Shown: positions 62,487-64,000 of the stretch, piece after piece
Position numbering within the stretch: position 1 is the first letter of the stretch
Layout: every line of letters begins with the position of its first letter
Source: Azolla caroliniana
Lineage: Eukaryota > Plantae > Polypodiophyta
Length of the DNA stretch: 64,000 bases
Direction of reading: 5' to 3'
Assembly: GCA_043228905.1 (NCBI GenBank)
Contig: JBHGNT010000001.1
Location: forward strand, 12,462,001-12,526,000
Made by a program: the position numbers and the translations under genes
The notes under the pieces: model-generated
Databases searched by the model: none
The model's input: only the letters and a program-made list of their open reading frames with translations
What the model was told of the DNA's origin: nothing

Positions 62487-62936
62487 TGTTGTCCGCCGGA
62501 ATAGTAACCGACAGACAAGAGCGCAGTAATATGGAATAGAATAATATTATAACGCATGTAAACGGTTCACACAGGAAGCGTGAACGGCTAACAGACCCTG
62601 CGTATATAAAGGGCAGAAAATCTTTGATAGAGGTAGCGTGTAATTTTGAATGTAAAAGGCGTATCTTAATAGAGTTCTATCTTCTCTGATATCTGTGCAT
62701 ATCTGTGGTTAATCTACTGTATGTCTGTAATCCTTAAGAGCGTAGGTGTGAGTAACGGTGTGTGCGCTAGCCCACTGTCTAAGGAGCTCGGTTGTAGCCG
62801 TCTCCCTTATACGCTGCTAGGTTACGGGAGGTATCCCACTTAGTATTACGCACAGACGCTAACATTCATTGTCACACAGTCACTTTGAGGTCTAGGTCAA
62901 AGGACTGACCATAGACCGTGTTCCTAATTGGTAACA
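62487..62936 (+). repeat. 3' LTR of gypsy H
   Basis: Repeat of 48514-48955. Confidence 0.88.
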
Positions 62937-62944
62937 CTCTATGT

Positions 62945-64000
62945 ATTCACCCTCAAGCTCGACAATGTAGGCAACATGAGACCAAGATCCGATGCGAATT
63001 GCTCGAGCTTGTCTACTCCTAAGGCCTTCGTAAATATGTCAGCAACTTGGAGGTGTGTGTTGATATGTTGGAGATCGATTTCTCCGACTTGTACGCGCTC
63101 GCGGATGAAGTGGTAATGCACTTCGATGTGTTTAGTCCGCGCGTGAAATACGGGGTTGCACGCCTAGTAGATACTACTCATGTTGTCGTAGTACATGTGT
63201 ATTGGATCTTTGATGGGAACGCCCAGATCCTTCAGTACGCGCTTAAGCCAAACGGCTTCACATGCGATGACCGCCGCACCCTTGTATTCGGCTTCTGTGC
63301 TCGATAGTGTGACTGTCGGTTGTTTCTTGCTGCTCTAGGAGATCGCTCCGCTATCGAGGAAGAAGACAAATCCGGATGTGGATCGTCTATCTGCTTTGTA
63401 TCCTGTCCATTCCGCATCTGTGTACCCTTCGAGTTGAACACTCGTATTCGACTTATATAAGATGTTGTGATCCATTGTCGTACTGACATACCGTAGTATC
63501 CTCTTAGCACAATCGAGATGAAGGTTACACGGATTCTGCATGAATTGGCTAAGTAGGGCGACCGAATAACTTAGGTTGGGTTGCGTAATGGTGAGATAGA
63601 TCAAGCTACTGATCAGTTGGCGATACTGAGTCGGTTCAAACTCAGCCGTGCCGGAACTAGCATCAATCTTGATATTGCGATCAAGAAGGGTAGTCATAGG
63701 TTTGCACTCTGTCATTCCGAATTTGTGCAGTACGTTGAGGACGTAGTGCCGTTGTGAGATCATTATCCCGACTGGTGTCCGAATTACTTCAATACCTAGG
63801 AAGTAATGAAGTTCGTGCAGGTCTTTCATTTTGAATCTGCCGGAAAGAAGTGATTTAACTTTGTTAATCTCAGCGAGATCCTTTCCTCCGATGACCAAAT
63901 CATCCATGTACAAGATGATGATTATCGGGCTATCCGACTCGTTTCGGATGTACAGGGAAGTGTCGGATTTTGACATCTGAAATCCGACTTGATGAAGATA
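62945..64000 (-). pseudogene. Copia I RT and RNase H (same lineage as F), continues beyond window
   Basis: ILYMDDLV, YFLGIEV, YTDAEW, DRRSTSG, HYHFIRE, QVADIFTKAL. Confidence 0.9.

Larger units (their letters stand above)
48514..62936 (+). mobile_element. Ty3/gypsy element 'H' (Athila/OTA-like), degenerate, inserted in the 3' UTR of copia I, interrupted by J
   Basis: LTRs 48514-48955 and 62487-62936; TSD CTCTG/CTCTA; PBS TGGCACGCC at about 48960; gag with two Cys/His knuckles, VIDGGSG protease, RT FLDGFSGYNQ, RNase H NYSTTERE, integrase. Confidence 0.88.

Overview
This is eukaryotic (land-plant-like) repeat-rich DNA: a stack of nested LTR retrotransposons with no ordinary host gene. Boundaries, target-site duplications (TSDs) and primer-binding sites (PBS) resolve about ten LTR elements or fragments (Ty1/copia A, C, E, F, I; Ty3/gypsy B, D, G, H; gag-only J) plus one solo LTR. 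Only copia C (17077-22532) looks intact. The standout is a 13.1-kb cut-and-paste DNA transposon (26560-39677) inserted in the pol gene of copia F. It has 27-bp terminal inverted repeats (TIRs) with GGG...CCC ends and a 4-bp ATAG TSD. It carries an apparently intact three-exon DDD-type (Sola2-like) transposase of about 813 aa. Facing it is an apparently intact five-exon gene of about 937 aa (coiled coil, RING-H2 finger, acidic repetitive tail). The long intron of each gene is filled with GTACT-rich tandem repeats, and the same motif sits next to both TIRs. Also notable: a tRNA-Trp-primed gypsy lineage with 4-bp TSDs, a candidate -1 frameshift signal, and a gag-only partner. All calls are by eye and no database searches were run.
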